The notes: a model not told the origin generated them from the sequence alone. A stretch of 64,000 nucleotides of DNA from Bacteroidales bacterium (GCA_031286285.1 JAITUN010000100.1:222-64221); one strand, 5' to 3'. Numbered from the stretch's first letter, positions 1 to 8,973 are shown. Numbers and translations are program-made.

Positions 1-80
1 CGCTTTTCCCTGCCGGAATCTATTTTGTAAAAATAACTACCGATGCCGGTATGGTGGTTAAGAAAGTGGTGAAAGAGTGA
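1..80 (+). CDS. 3' end of a T9SS-sorted secreted protein (partial, continues upstream of window)
   Basis: Frame 3 reads LFPAGIYFVKITTDAGMVVKKVVKE followed by TGA at 78-80. The ending is the same style as the sorting domains of the cargo genes at 9040-15301 (PAGIYIVNVKT...KLIVK). Confidence 0.5.
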   Translation, partial: LFPAGIYFVKITTDAGMVVKKVVKE

Positions 81-150
81 GGAATCTCAAACAAAGCCAA
101 GTTCATTTAAAATTAAAATAACATCTCAATATCTTGTATCAAAATTTTTA

Positions 151-158
151 TATTTTTG
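151..158 (+). promoter_or_regulatory. Bacteroidota-type -7 promoter box (TATTTTTG) upstream of rpsL
   Basis: Matches the TAnnTTTG consensus, 62 nt upstream of the rpsL ATG. The same extended word TATTTTTGC recurs upstream of many genes in this window. Confidence 0.4.
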
Positions 159-188
159 CACCCCTCAAAAAAGCAGGGGTGTTTTTTT
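159..188 (+). terminator. Intrinsic terminator hairpin, probably for the upstream cargo gene
   Basis: 7-bp stem CACCCCT/AGGGGTG (159-165 / 175-181), 9-nt loop, then T7 (182-188). Confidence 0.55.
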
Positions 189-219
189 GTAAAATAATAA
201 AGATTAAAAAAATAACGTA

Positions 220-600
220 ATGCCAACAATTCAACAATTAGTTAGAAAAGGAAGAAAACAGTTAACCTACACCAGTAAATCAAGAGCATTGGATGCTTGT
301 CCGCAACGCCGTGGCGTTTGTTTGAGAGTGTATACCACCACTCCAAAAAAACCTAATTCAGCGATGCGTAAAGTAGCAAGAGTTCGTATGACTAACGGAA
401 AAGAAGTAAACGCTTATATCCCCGGAGAAGGTCATAACTTGCAAGAACACAGCATTGTATTGGTTAGGGGCGGCCGTGTGAAAGATCTTCCGGGCGTGCG
501 TTATCACATCGTGCGTGGCGCGTTAGACTCTGCCGGCGTAAACGGAAGACTCCAAGGAAGAAGCAAGTACGGCACAAAACGACCGAAGAAAAAAGCATAA
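220..600 (+). CDS. rpsL: 30S ribosomal protein S12
   Basis: 126 aa, [13 protein letters not shown]...[19 protein letters not shown]...[15 protein letters not shown], the canonical S12 sequence. Confidence 0.98.
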   Translation: MPTIQQLVRKGRKQLTYTSKSRALDACPQRRGVCLRVYTTTPKKPNSAMRKVARVRMTNGKEVNAYIPGEGHNLQEHSIVLVRGGRVKDLPGVRYHIVRGALDSAGVNGRLQGRSKYGTKRPKKKA

Positions 601-649
601 TAGAAGTTAGAAGTTAGAAGTTAGAAGTTAGAAGTTAGAAGTTAGAAGT
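601..649 (+). repeat. Perfect heptanucleotide tandem array (TAGAAGT)x7
   Basis: Counted directly: 49 nt, seven identical units, starting at the base after the rpsL TAA. Confidence 0.95.
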
Positions 650-733
650 ATTAATCATTATAACAGTTGCTTAGCCGCCAAAATGGGCGAGACTAAGAGT
701 AAATATTAACCTTTTAAATATTGAAGAAACCCA

Positions 734-1201
734 ATGAGAAAATCAAAACCAAAAAAACGGATCACTCTCCCCGACCCCAAATTTCATGACGTGTTGGTTA
801 CTAAATTTGTAAACAACCTGATGTTGAAAGGCAAAAAATCGATCGCATTCGAAATCTTTTATGAATCGATGGATGTCATTGAACAAAAATTAAAAGAGAA
901 CCCCATTGACGTGTGGAAAAAAGCGTTGGCAAATATTACGCCGGCTTTGGAAGTAAAAAGTAGAAGAATTGGAGGAGCAACTTTCCAAATTCCTACAGAA
1001 CTCCGCCCTGAAAGAAAAGAATCGCTGGGAATTAAAAACATGATTCTTTACTCCCGCAAACGGCATGAAAAAACAATGGCAGCAAAACTTGCCGCCGAAA
1101 TTATGGCAGCCTACAAAGAAGAGGGCGCTGCATTTAAACGTAAAGAGGATATCCACAGAATGGCTGAGGCAAACAAAGCGTTCTCGCATTTTAGATTCTA
1201 A
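734..1201 (+). CDS. rpsG: 30S ribosomal protein S7
   Basis: 155 aa, ...[27 protein letters not shown]...[14 protein letters not shown]...[10 protein letters not shown], typical S7. Confidence 0.97.
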   Translation: MRKSKPKKRITLPDPKFHDVLVTKFVNNLMLKGKKSIAFEIFYESMDVIEQKLKENPIDVWKKALANITPALEVKSRRIGGATFQIPTELRPERKESLGIKNMILYSRKRHEKTMAAKLAAEIMAAYKEEGAAFKRKEDIHRMAEANKAFSHFRF

Positions 1202-1218
1202 TTTCTTTAGGTGCTTGC

Positions 1219-1256
1219 ACACAGATGACGCAGATTAAACAGATTTACGCAGATAT
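1219..1256 (+). repeat. Four direct degenerate 9-10-nt 'CAGAT' words
   Basis: CACAGATGA / CGCAGATTA / AACAGATTTA / CGCAGATAT in direct succession. The last word forms the 5' arm of the terminator. Confidence 0.6.
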
Positions 1257-1280
1257 TTTTTTAATATCTGCGTTCTTTTT
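1247..1280 (+). terminator. Intrinsic terminator after rpsG
   Basis: 11-bp stem ACGCAGATATT / AATATCTGCGT (1247-1257 / 1263-1273) followed by TCTTTTT. Confidence 0.65.
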
Positions 1281-1346
1281 ATCACCAATACAACAAAATA
1301 TAAAAAAATACGATATTATATATTAATTAGTTTAACCCTATTTTTT

Positions 1347-4300
1347 ATGAATAAATTTTACAAAATTATCAATAACAGTTTGGGCTGGTTGCTGGGAATA
1401 ATAGCTTCTGCCGTCTATGTTTTAACAGTAGAACCCACACAATCGTGGTGGGACTGTGGCGAATATATTGCCACAGCACATAAAATGTTGATTGGTCACC
1501 CGCCCGGCGCACCCACTTTCCAAATTTTTGGATGCGTTTTCAGCCTCTTCGCCGGTAACGACCCTGCTATGGTCGGCTTTTGGGTCAATGTAATGTCGGC
1601 ACTTTGCAGCGGATTCGGAATTATGTTCCTCTTTTGGACTATTACACTATTCGGAAAAAAATTGGTAAAAAACCTGGGTGGATTCACTCCATTGAGAACG
1701 ATTGGTATTTTTGCCGCAGGGGCAGTAGGAGCGCTCACTTACACATTCACAGACTCTTATTGGTTCTCCGCAGTAGAGGGAGAGGTCTATTCCATGTCTT
1801 CATTTTTTACAGCGCTTGTCTTTTGGTGCATCTTAAAATGGGATGAAGAATATGAGAATCCCAAACCCAATACAAACCCGCAACGTTGGTTGGTGCTTAT
1901 TTTTTATTTAGTAGGACTTTCGATTGGCGTTCACTTGTTGAATTTGCTTACCATACCGGCTATTGGATTGATTATCTATTTCAGACTATCAAAAGGGGCT
2001 TCTTACAAAGGGGTTATTTTGGCTTTCGCATTTTTTCTTTTCGGTCTCTCAATTCTATTCAATATTGGTTGGATGTTTGCATCATGGGCATTTATTGTAT
2101 CTCCACTTATTATTGTTTCAATTGTCAATGGCGCAATTCGCTCTAAAGCTGAATGGGGAGTCCTTGCAACTCTTATCATATCGGTAGGCGTTATGGCATC
2201 TATCCTTTGGGGGATTATCCCCGGTATTGTCAGCATTGCCGGATCATTTGAAATCTTTTGCAAAAACAGCATCGGGTTGCCTTTCAATGCAGGTACGATT
2301 ATCTATTTTCTCATTGTTTTCGGCGGTATAGGATCTGCCATCTATTATGGCTATAAAAAGAAAAAACAACTCCTTAAAATTTGCGCATACTCTCTATTTT
2401 TTCTACTTATCGGATATTCAACATTTTTAACCTTAGTCATTCGCTCAAATGCAAATCCAACGATTGACGAAAACAGTCCGGAAGATGCGGTTTCCCTTTT
2501 ATCTTATTTGAATAGAGATCAATATGGCTCCCACCCGCTTATTTTCGGTCCCTCCTACAATTCGAACTTAGATCCGTATGAAAGATATAAAGACGGAACT
2601 CCTGTGTATATTCGTGATGATAAAGCAGGAAAATATGTTATTTCTGACGACAGAAAAAACTCTGTGCCTAATTACGATAGTCGCGATTGTATGTTCTTCC
2701 CAAGAATGTGGGACAATGATCCAAAGAAAATACCTCTTTACTTGGAATGGTTGAAAAGTAATATATATAATACAGGAAGTATTTCTGACAAGAAAAATAT
2801 AAAGAGTTTAGAAAAAGGAAACCTGCCGACAATGGAACAAAACAAGGATTTTTTACATAGTTTCCAGATAAATTTTATGTATTGGCGTTATTTTATGTGG
2901 AATTTTGTGGGCAGACAAAACGAGGTTCAATGTTATGGCGACTATTATAACGGCAATTGGGTTTCCGGAATCCCGTTTATAGATAATAAGTTAGTGGGAA
3001 AACAGAATGAGCTTCCCTCTACTATGGAACATAAAGGTCATAATACTTACTATTTTCTGCCTCTTATTTTGGGAATTATCGGCTTGATTTATTATTCAAG
3101 AAAAGATCTTAAAAATTCTTTTGTAGTATTTTTGTTGTTTTTTATGACCGGCTGGGCAATTGCATTCTATTTGAATAATGCTGCTTTTCAGCCGCGAGAA
3201 AGAGACTATGCTTATGCGGCTTCTTTCTACGCATTCAGTATATGGGTAGGGTTCGGTGTGTTTGCATTAATTGCGCTGTTAGAAAAATGGAAAAGCAAAA
3301 AAGGACAAATTGCCGCTTCTATCTTAATCACTTTGCTCTGTTTGGGATTAGTTCCGGGAATCATGGCAAAAGAAAATTGGGACGACCACGATCGTTCTCA
3401 CAGATATACTGCATTAGCATTCGCCAAAGCATACTTAGACTCATGCGAACCTAACAGTATTTTCTTTACGATGGGAGATAATGAAACTTTCCCCTTATGG
3501 TACGCACAGGAAGTGGAAGGCTACCGAACCGATATCCGCGTGTGTAATTTAAGCCTCTTAAACGGAAGTTGGTATATTGACCAAATGAAACGCAAAGCTT
3601 ATAGTTCAGCCCCACTTCCAATATCCATGACCTGGGAGCAATATAAAGATGGTACGCGAGACCAAATAGTTTTAAGCGCAGCAGGGAACCAGTTTGTTAA
3701 CCTTAAGGATGTCATAGAATATATTAAAGATCCTAAATTTGATAGAAATAAATATATCGCTCTATTGCCTGCAAATCAAGGATTTGTTTCGCATGGCGCT
3801 GCCGTTCCGGCAAGCTTCTCAATCCCTGTGGATAAAGAAAAAGTGTTGGCTAATGGTACTGTACGCCCCGAAGACGAAGAACTGATTGTGGATAGAATTA
3901 CCTGGAACAGAGGGTCAAAAGAAGCAAATAACATCATTAAGAGCAATCTAATACTGATGGATATTTTAGCCAACTTTAATTGGGACAGACCTCTCTATTT
4001 TTCAGTATCTTCAGGACCGGAAGCCTATTTCGGTCTGGAAGAGTATTTTCAGTTAGAAGGGATGGCATACCGATTAGTACCTATTAGATCAAAAGCCGGA
4101 AGAGGAATGGATGTGGGCAGAGTGAATACATCTACACTGCCTGACAAATTGTTGTACGATTTTCCAAATCATGCACGAGTGGATACTGTCAATAATCCTG
4201 AAAGAAAGCAAAAACCGGTATATCCTTACCTTTGGGGAGGAATAAACGACAAACGTGTGTATATTCCCGATGAAACCGCCCGTATGTTTGGAACTATCAA

Positions 4301-4967
4301 ATCTACCTATTTGCGTGTTGCAAATCAATTAGCTGAAGAGGGAAATTTGGAAAAAGCAGAACAAATTCACGACAAATTGATGGAAATATTCGATCCCGAA
4401 GTAACACCCTATTATATTGTTGGAAATAACGGACATTCACTCCATAGTATCTATCAAATAGAATCTTTATTGAAAATAGAAACCCCGACAGCTACTGAAA
4501 AAGCATTATTCATGATTGGAGGAATGTTGGAGAATTTTATTGAGACTTTCGATTGGTTTGAAAAGGGGAATGAACGCACATTAGCTATTCAAAGTGAAAA
4601 TATTAATACCAGTATAAGATTCTTGTCTTTTTTAAATTCTTTAATTCCCGAGGAACATACTCCGTTGTTTAAGGAAAAATTTGACAGGCTTCAATTTACC
4701 AAATCAGTTACTACATTAGCCTCTAAACTTAGCAATGAAATTGATTATCACTTTAAGAAAGGAGCGGAAGCCCACCAACGCGAATTAGTGGATAAAATGA
4801 CTGAATTAGGGCGTTTATGCCATGCTGCTTCAATGGCAAACGACGCTGTTTTAGAAGATAAAATGTTACATCTATTAGAAACGAAGATTGACATGATTGG
4901 CGTTGTTGACCCACGCTCTGCAAAAATGTTTAGAGACTATTTTCTGGGTGAAGATAGGGAGTTGTAA
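1347..4967 (+). CDS. Large polytopic membrane protein, DUF2723 / glycosyltransferase family 117-like
   Basis: 1206 aa. The N-terminus ...SWWDCGEYIATAHKMLIGHPPGAPTFQIFG matches my memory of the DUF2723 signature. Many hydrophobic segments, then a large soluble C-terminal half. Confidence 0.65.
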   Translation: MNKFYKIINNSLGWLLGIIASAVYVLTVEPTQSWWDCGEYIATAHKMLIGHPPGAPTFQIFGCVFSLFAGNDPAMVGFWVNVMSALCSGFGIMFLFWTITLFGKKLVKNLGGFTPLRTIGIFAAGAVGALTYTFTDSYWFSAVEGEVYSMSSFFTALVFWCILKWDEEYENPKPNTNPQRWLVLIFYLVGLSIGVHLLNLLTIPAIGLIIYFRLSKGASYKGVILAFAFFLFGLSILFNIGWMFASWAFIVSPLIIVSIVNGAIRSKAEWGVLATLIISVGVMASILWGIIPGIVSIAGSFEIFCKNSIGLPFNAGTIIYFLIVFGGIGSAIYYGYKKKKQLLKICAYSLFFLLIGYSTFLTLVIRSNANPTIDENSPEDAVSLLSYLNRDQYGSHPLIFGPSYNSNLDPYERYKDGTPVYIRDDKAGKYVISDDRKNSVPNYDSRDCMFFPRMWDNDPKKIPLYLEWLKSNIYNTGSISDKKNIKSLEKGNLPTMEQNKDFLHSFQINFMYWRYFMWNFVGRQNEVQCYGDYYNGNWVSGIPFIDNKLVGKQNELPSTMEHKGHNTYYFLPLILGIIGLIYYSRKDLKNSFVVFLLFFMTGWAIAFYLNNAAFQPRERDYAYAASFYAFSIWVGFGVFALIALLEKWKSKKGQIAASILITLLCLGLVPGIMAKENWDDHDRSHRYTALAFAKAYLDSCEPNSIFFTMGDNETFPLWYAQEVEGYRTDIRVCNLSLLNGSWYIDQMKRKAYSSAPLPISMTWEQYKDGTRDQIVLSAAGNQFVNLKDVIEYIKDPKFDRNKYIALLPANQGFVSHGAAVPASFSIPVDKEKVLANGTVRPEDEELIVDRITWNRGSKEANNIIKSNLILMDILANFNWDRPLYFSVSSGPEAYFGLEEYFQLEGMAYRLVPIRSKAGRGMDVGRVNTSTLPDKLLYDFPNHARVDTVNNPERKQKPVYPYLWGGINDKRVYIPDETARMFGTIKSTYLRVANQLAEEGNLEKAEQIHDKLMEIFDPEVTPYYIVGNNGHSLHSIYQIESLLKIETPTATEKALFMIGGMLENFIETFDWFEKGNERTLAIQSENINTSIRFLSFLNSLIPEEHTPLFKEKFDRLQFTKSVTTLASKLSNEIDYHFKKGAEAHQRELVDKMTELGRLCHAASMANDAVLEDKMLHLLETKIDMIGVVDPRSAKMFRDYFLGEDREL

Positions 4968-4986
4968 AGAGGTGAGAATGTTTATC

Positions 4987-6480
4987 TTAAATTTTAAACC
5001 AACACCTCCTCAATACCTCTTTCACTTCCTGCATATTTATAGTTTTTCCTAATTCCTTTTGCATAGAGGTTACCCCTTTATCTAAAAAACCGCAAGGGTT
5101 AATGTAGTTAAAATAAGATAAGTCAGTATTCACATTTAAGGCAAAGCCATGCATAGTAACGAAACGCGAGGCACGTACGCCGATGGCACAAATTTTGCGA
5201 GCGGTTTTGCTGTTGCCGTCAAGCCACACTCCGGTAGCGCCATCCAAACGAGCGCTCTCTATACCAAAAAAGGCAAGAGTTTGTATAATTGCTTCTTCCA
5301 TATTATGAATGTACCCTTTCAACGATCTCTCATGATTCTCTAAATCTAAAATGGGATACCCCACCAATTGCCCGGGTCCATGATATGTAATATCTCCGCC
5401 CCTATCAATTCGATAAAAAACTGCATCAATTTTTCTTAGAAACTCTTCGCTGATGAGTAAGTTGTTAACCTGTCCATTTTTTCCTAAAGTATAAACGTGA
5501 GGATGTTCACATAAAAAAACAGTTTCTAAACCGCGAGTATCTTTTCCTTCGCTTTTTGCCTGTATTATTTCTTGAAATAAGGCTTCTTGCTTATTCCAAG
5601 CCTGCTTGTAGTCAATAGTTTGCCAATCTGTAAATTGCATAAATTTTTTAACTTTATCCGACATATATGACGATCTTACCAACGGTGCGCTTTCCACATG
5701 TTTATAGCCCAATTTCAAAGCATATTTCTTGTATTTTTCAAACTGTGCCGGTGTAATATATTGCACTACTTCAAGATTATTTTTAGCAGGTTGTAAATAT
5801 TGCCCGATGGTTACGATAGAAGTTCCACTATTTCGCGCTTCAGCGAGAGTTTGAAACACCTCTTCTTCGGTTTCTCCCAATCCAACCATGATGCCGGTTT
5901 TGGTTAATATTCCGAAAACTGCAATTTGACGTAATGTTTCCAAACTATTTTGATAAGTGGCTTTACTTCTAATTACCGGAGTCAATCGTTCAACGGTTTC
6001 CAAATTATGTCCGATGATATCGGGTTTTGAATCAATAACTATTTGTAATAATTCATTTTGATAATCGGGAATTAGTAATTCAATGATGATATTGGGATTT
6101 TTTTTGCGGATTTTGCGTATGGTTTCTGCCCAATGCGCAGCGCCTTTATCGGGCAAATCATCTCTGTCAACGGAGGTGATTACGCAATGTTTGAGTTTCA
6201 TTAAAAACACGCTCTCCGCTACTCTTTCCGGTTCAGAGTTATCAAGCGGCAATGGTTTTCCTGACTTTGTGGCACAAAACCGACAAGTTCTTGTGCAAAC
6301 ATCGCCCATGATCATGAACGTTGCGGTTCCTCTACTCCAACATTCACACAAGTTTGGACACTTCCCGCTACTGCAAATTGTATGTAGATGATTGTTCGTT
6401 ACAATCTTCTTAACAAAAGCAAAATTTTCTGTATTTTCAATTTTAATTTTTAGCCAATCGGGCTTGCGGGAAATCTTCAT
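4987..6480 (-). CDS. lipA-lipB: Fused lipoyl synthase (LipA, aa 1-~280) / octanoyltransferase (LipB, aa ~281-497)
   Basis: N-half: radical-SAM CRFCATKSG plus the upstream cysteine cluster CPNLCECW, and SAPLVRSSY near the end of the LipA part. C-half: RIDRGGDITYHGPGQLVGYPILDL and KICAIGVRASRFVTMHGFALNV, which are LipB motifs. No stop codon lies between the halves. Confidence 0.85.
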   Translation of the reverse strand: MKISRKPDWLKIKIENTENFAFVKKIVTNNHLHTICSSGKCPNLCECWSRGTATFMIMGDVCTRTCRFCATKSGKPLPLDNSEPERVAESVFLMKLKHCVITSVDRDDLPDKGAAHWAETIRKIRKKNPNIIIELLIPDYQNELLQIVIDSKPDIIGHNLETVERLTPVIRSKATYQNSLETLRQIAVFGILTKTGIMVGLGETEEEVFQTLAEARNSGTSIVTIGQYLQPAKNNLEVVQYITPAQFEKYKKYALKLGYKHVESAPLVRSSYMSDKVKKFMQFTDWQTIDYKQAWNKQEALFQEIIQAKSEGKDTRGLETVFLCEHPHVYTLGKNGQVNNLLISEEFLRKIDAVFYRIDRGGDITYHGPGQLVGYPILDLENHERSLKGYIHNMEEAIIQTLAFFGIESARLDGATGVWLDGNSKTARKICAIGVRASRFVTMHGFALNVNTDLSYFNYINPCGFLDKGVTSMQKELGKTINMQEVKEVLRRCWFKI

Positions 6481-6496
6481 TCTACAAAAATTTGCG

Positions 6497-6504
6497 CAAA
6501 AGTA
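6497..6504 (-). promoter_or_regulatory. -7 promoter box (TACTTTTG on minus strand) for lipA-lipB
   Basis: TAnnTTTG match 17 nt upstream of the ATG at 6480. Confidence 0.4.
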
Positions 6505-6547
6505 GTTTATTTTTCAGTTACCACTTGACAAAACTGTTTTTTGGTTG

Positions 6548-6555
6548 TATATTTG
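6548..6555 (+). promoter_or_regulatory. -7 promoter box (TATATTTG) immediately upstream of the lipoprotein gene
   Basis: TAnnTTTG match ending 4 nt before the ATG at 6560, which implies a leaderless or near-leaderless mRNA. Confidence 0.35.
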
Positions 6556-6559
6556 CCGC

Positions 6560-7048
6560 ATGAAAAAAATTAGCTATCTCTTAGTCATTATTTCTGTTTT
6601 ATTATGTACATGCAGAAAAATAGAGAAATATTCTGATATTCCTAAAATTAAATTCATTAGCTTCGAAAAATATTATGATGAGCATACTCAAAACGGCGCT
6701 ATTCTCACTTTCTCTTTTCAAGATGGAAATGGAGATATCGGATTAAATGATTCTGATAATTACCCTCCGTTTGATACTTCATCAATCTATTACTATAACT
6801 TCTTTTGCGATTATTATGAAAAACAGAACGGTAAATTTGAAAAAGTTGAACTTCCGGGTACTCTTAACGCACGCATTCCCAGGCTATCGAAATTGCAGGA
6901 AGAATCTATAAATGGGGAAATCTACTTGAGAATGCCTTTTTACTATGACTCTTTCTCTTCTTATGATACAATTCAATTGAAATTTTATATAGTAGATAGA
7001 AAATTAAATAAAAGTAATGTAGAAGAAGTGATTACAACGAAAAGATAG
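6560..7048 (+). CDS. Small putative lipoprotein, function unknown
   Basis: I prefer the ATG at 6560 (MKKISYLLVIISVLLCTCRK, signal peptide with Cys) over the TTG at 6545 in the ORF track. No family recognised. Confidence 0.55.
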   Translation: MKKISYLLVIISVLLCTCRKIEKYSDIPKIKFISFEKYYDEHTQNGAILTFSFQDGNGDIGLNDSDNYPPFDTSSIYYYNFFCDYYEKQNGKFEKVELPGTLNARIPRLSKLQEESINGEIYLRMPFYYDSFSSYDTIQLKFYIVDRKLNKSNVEEVITTKR

Positions 7049-7103
7049 AGCAATTGTAGTGCAGCTACAGCAAAACTGACTAATTCTTAAATTTTTATAT
7101 TAA

Positions 7104-7943
7104 ATGACACTTACTGAACTAATCCAACAAACACTTCGCGAAGATATTGGCAGCGGCGACCACTCTTCGCTTGCCGCAATTCCGGATACTGCTAAAGGAA
7201 AAATGAAACTGTTAGCAAAAGAGAACGGCATTATTGCCGGCATTGAGGTGGTAAAAGAGGTACTTCGACAAGTAAATCCGGCTATTGTAATGCAATGTTT
7301 TAAAAAAGATGGCGATGAAATCTCGGTTGGAGAGGTCGTTTTTGAATTGGAAGGCGCGGCGCGAAGTATGCTCACAGCAGAAAGAACATTGCTGAACTTT
7401 TTGCAACGCATGAGCGGAATTGCCACTGTTTCGAAACAATACGCTGATGCCGTGAAAGGGACTAAAACCAAAATTTTAGATACGCGAAAAACTACGCCAA
7501 ATCTCAGAGAATTAGAAAAATACGCCGTCAAAATAGGAGGCTCTGAAAACCACAGATTTGGTTTGTACGATATGATTATGCTGAAAGACAACCACATTGA
7601 CTTTGCCGGCGGAATCGAAAAAGCGATAGATGCTACTCACAAGTATTTGAAAGAAAATAACCTGAACTTGAAAATCGAAATTGAAACAAGAACACTTGAT
7701 GAGGTTAAACAAGTGGTGAAGCATGGGAAAATTGACCGAGTTATGTTGGATAATTTTACCCCCGAAAAAATAGAAGAAGCATTAAAAATAATTGATGGAA
7801 AATATGAAACGGAGGCTTCCGGTGGAATTACATTAAAAAACATTAAAGAATATGCGCAGACCGGAGTAGACTACATCTCCATTGGCGCACTGACACACCA
7901 TATTAAAAGTTTGGATCTAAGTTTAAAATTTATAGCACTGTAA
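7104..7943 (+). CDS. nadC: Nicotinate-nucleotide pyrophosphorylase (quinolinate phosphoribosyltransferase)
   Basis: 279 aa, ...LREDIGSGDHSS...ERTLLNFLQRMSGIAT...ILDTRKTTP...LKDNHI...LDNF, NadC motifs. Confidence 0.9.
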   Translation: MTLTELIQQTLREDIGSGDHSSLAAIPDTAKGKMKLLAKENGIIAGIEVVKEVLRQVNPAIVMQCFKKDGDEISVGEVVFELEGAARSMLTAERTLLNFLQRMSGIATVSKQYADAVKGTKTKILDTRKTTPNLRELEKYAVKIGGSENHRFGLYDMIMLKDNHIDFAGGIEKAIDATHKYLKENNLNLKIEIETRTLDEVKQVVKHGKIDRVMLDNFTPEKIEEALKIIDGKYETEASGGITLKNIKEYAQTGVDYISIGALTHHIKSLDLSLKFIAL

Positions 7944-8896
7944 TGCCACAACAAAAAACCTCATTTAAGGCTCGGAGAAGATTAGTAACTTTTGCCCAAA
8001 GTGCATTAATTCATAAAACAAAAAAATTAGTGCTACCCGGATTCCAAAAAATTCCCTTTTGGGACGTGATGAGGTTCTTTATTGAATCGTTGGTTCAAGG
8101 GATTTTTTTTCAACGGGCAGCTGCCATGACATACTATATTTTTACTGCGCTTATTCCCTTATTTATGGCGTTAATTGCCCTGCTTTCATTTTTGGGGTCT
8201 CAACTGCAAACCTATCTTTTAGATTTTATGCAGGCGGCAGTTCCGGAATATTTGTGGCCGGCAGTCAACAAAATTGTAACCGGATTAATTGAAAGACAAA
8301 ACGGAACAATTCTTTATCTTTCGCTCTCATTAGGCATTTATCTCACTTTCTTAAGCGTTAACTCTATTATTACTACTCTAAATATCAGTTATTTTGACAT
8401 CGAAAAACGTAATTTTTTTAAACAACTCCCTATCAGTTTTACAATGGTACTTGTTTTTTTGGCAGTAATTATTGCCTCATGCTGCGTTTTTATTGGCGCT
8501 TCTTATTTTGTTAATTATTTAACCAATTCCCTTTTCGATTTTAAAGTATTATATAAATACGCTATCGCTTTTAATAAATGGTCAATGTTGTTTATTTTAC
8601 TGTATCTGTTTCTATCTGCCCTATTCTATTTTGCTCCTTATAACAAAAAACATTTCAAATTTTTCTCTACCGGAGCTCTCTTTTCTTCAATTTTGTTAGT
8701 TATTTTGCTGTATGCCATGAATTACTATTTTTCAAATTTTTCTACCTACAATTTAGTGTACGGATCTATAGGGGCATTGCTTCTTATTATGCTGTGGCTC
8801 TACTGGAGTTGTATGGCTATTCTCATTGGGTTTGACCTCAATGTCAGCATATCGGTTGCTAATACGCAAAGGAAAAAAGAGGATGATAAACTGTAA
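7943..8896 (+). CDS. YihY/BrkB-family inner membrane protein
   Basis: 317 aa, polytopic, with RAAAMTYYIFTALIPLFMALIALLSF typical of the YihY/virulence factor BrkB family. Its ATG overlaps the nadC stop by 1 nt. Confidence 0.7.
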   Translation: MPQQKTSFKARRRLVTFAQSALIHKTKKLVLPGFQKIPFWDVMRFFIESLVQGIFFQRAAAMTYYIFTALIPLFMALIALLSFLGSQLQTYLLDFMQAAVPEYLWPAVNKIVTGLIERQNGTILYLSLSLGIYLTFLSVNSIITTLNISYFDIEKRNFFKQLPISFTMVLVFLAVIIASCCVFIGASYFVNYLTNSLFDFKVLYKYAIAFNKWSMLFILLYLFLSALFYFAPYNKKHFKFFSTGALFSSILLVILLYAMNYYFSNFSTYNLVYGSIGALLLIMLWLYWSCMAILIGFDLNVSISVANTQRKKEDDKL

Positions 8897-8973
8897 ATTA
8901 AGAAAAACAAAAAGAAAAACAAAAAAAATTGCGTAATAATGGAATAGTTTTTCGACTATTTTAAAAAAAAAGC

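Noticed and set aside
601-649. The 7-8-nt tandem arrays as CRISPR arrays or TRAP-like (G/U)AG binding arrays
   Set aside because: The units are contiguous with no spacers and far too short for CRISPR, and no cas genes are present. The TAG/GAG triplets lack the 2-3-nt spacing of TRAP sites, and TRAP is not known in this phylum. Kept only as unexplained microsatellites.
7100-7597. 165-aa ORF antisense to nadC, plus similar antisense ORFs over rpsG (890-1222), ABC-F, sprA and ptb
   Set aside because: Each overlaps a confidently identified gene on the opposite strand and has no recognisable features.
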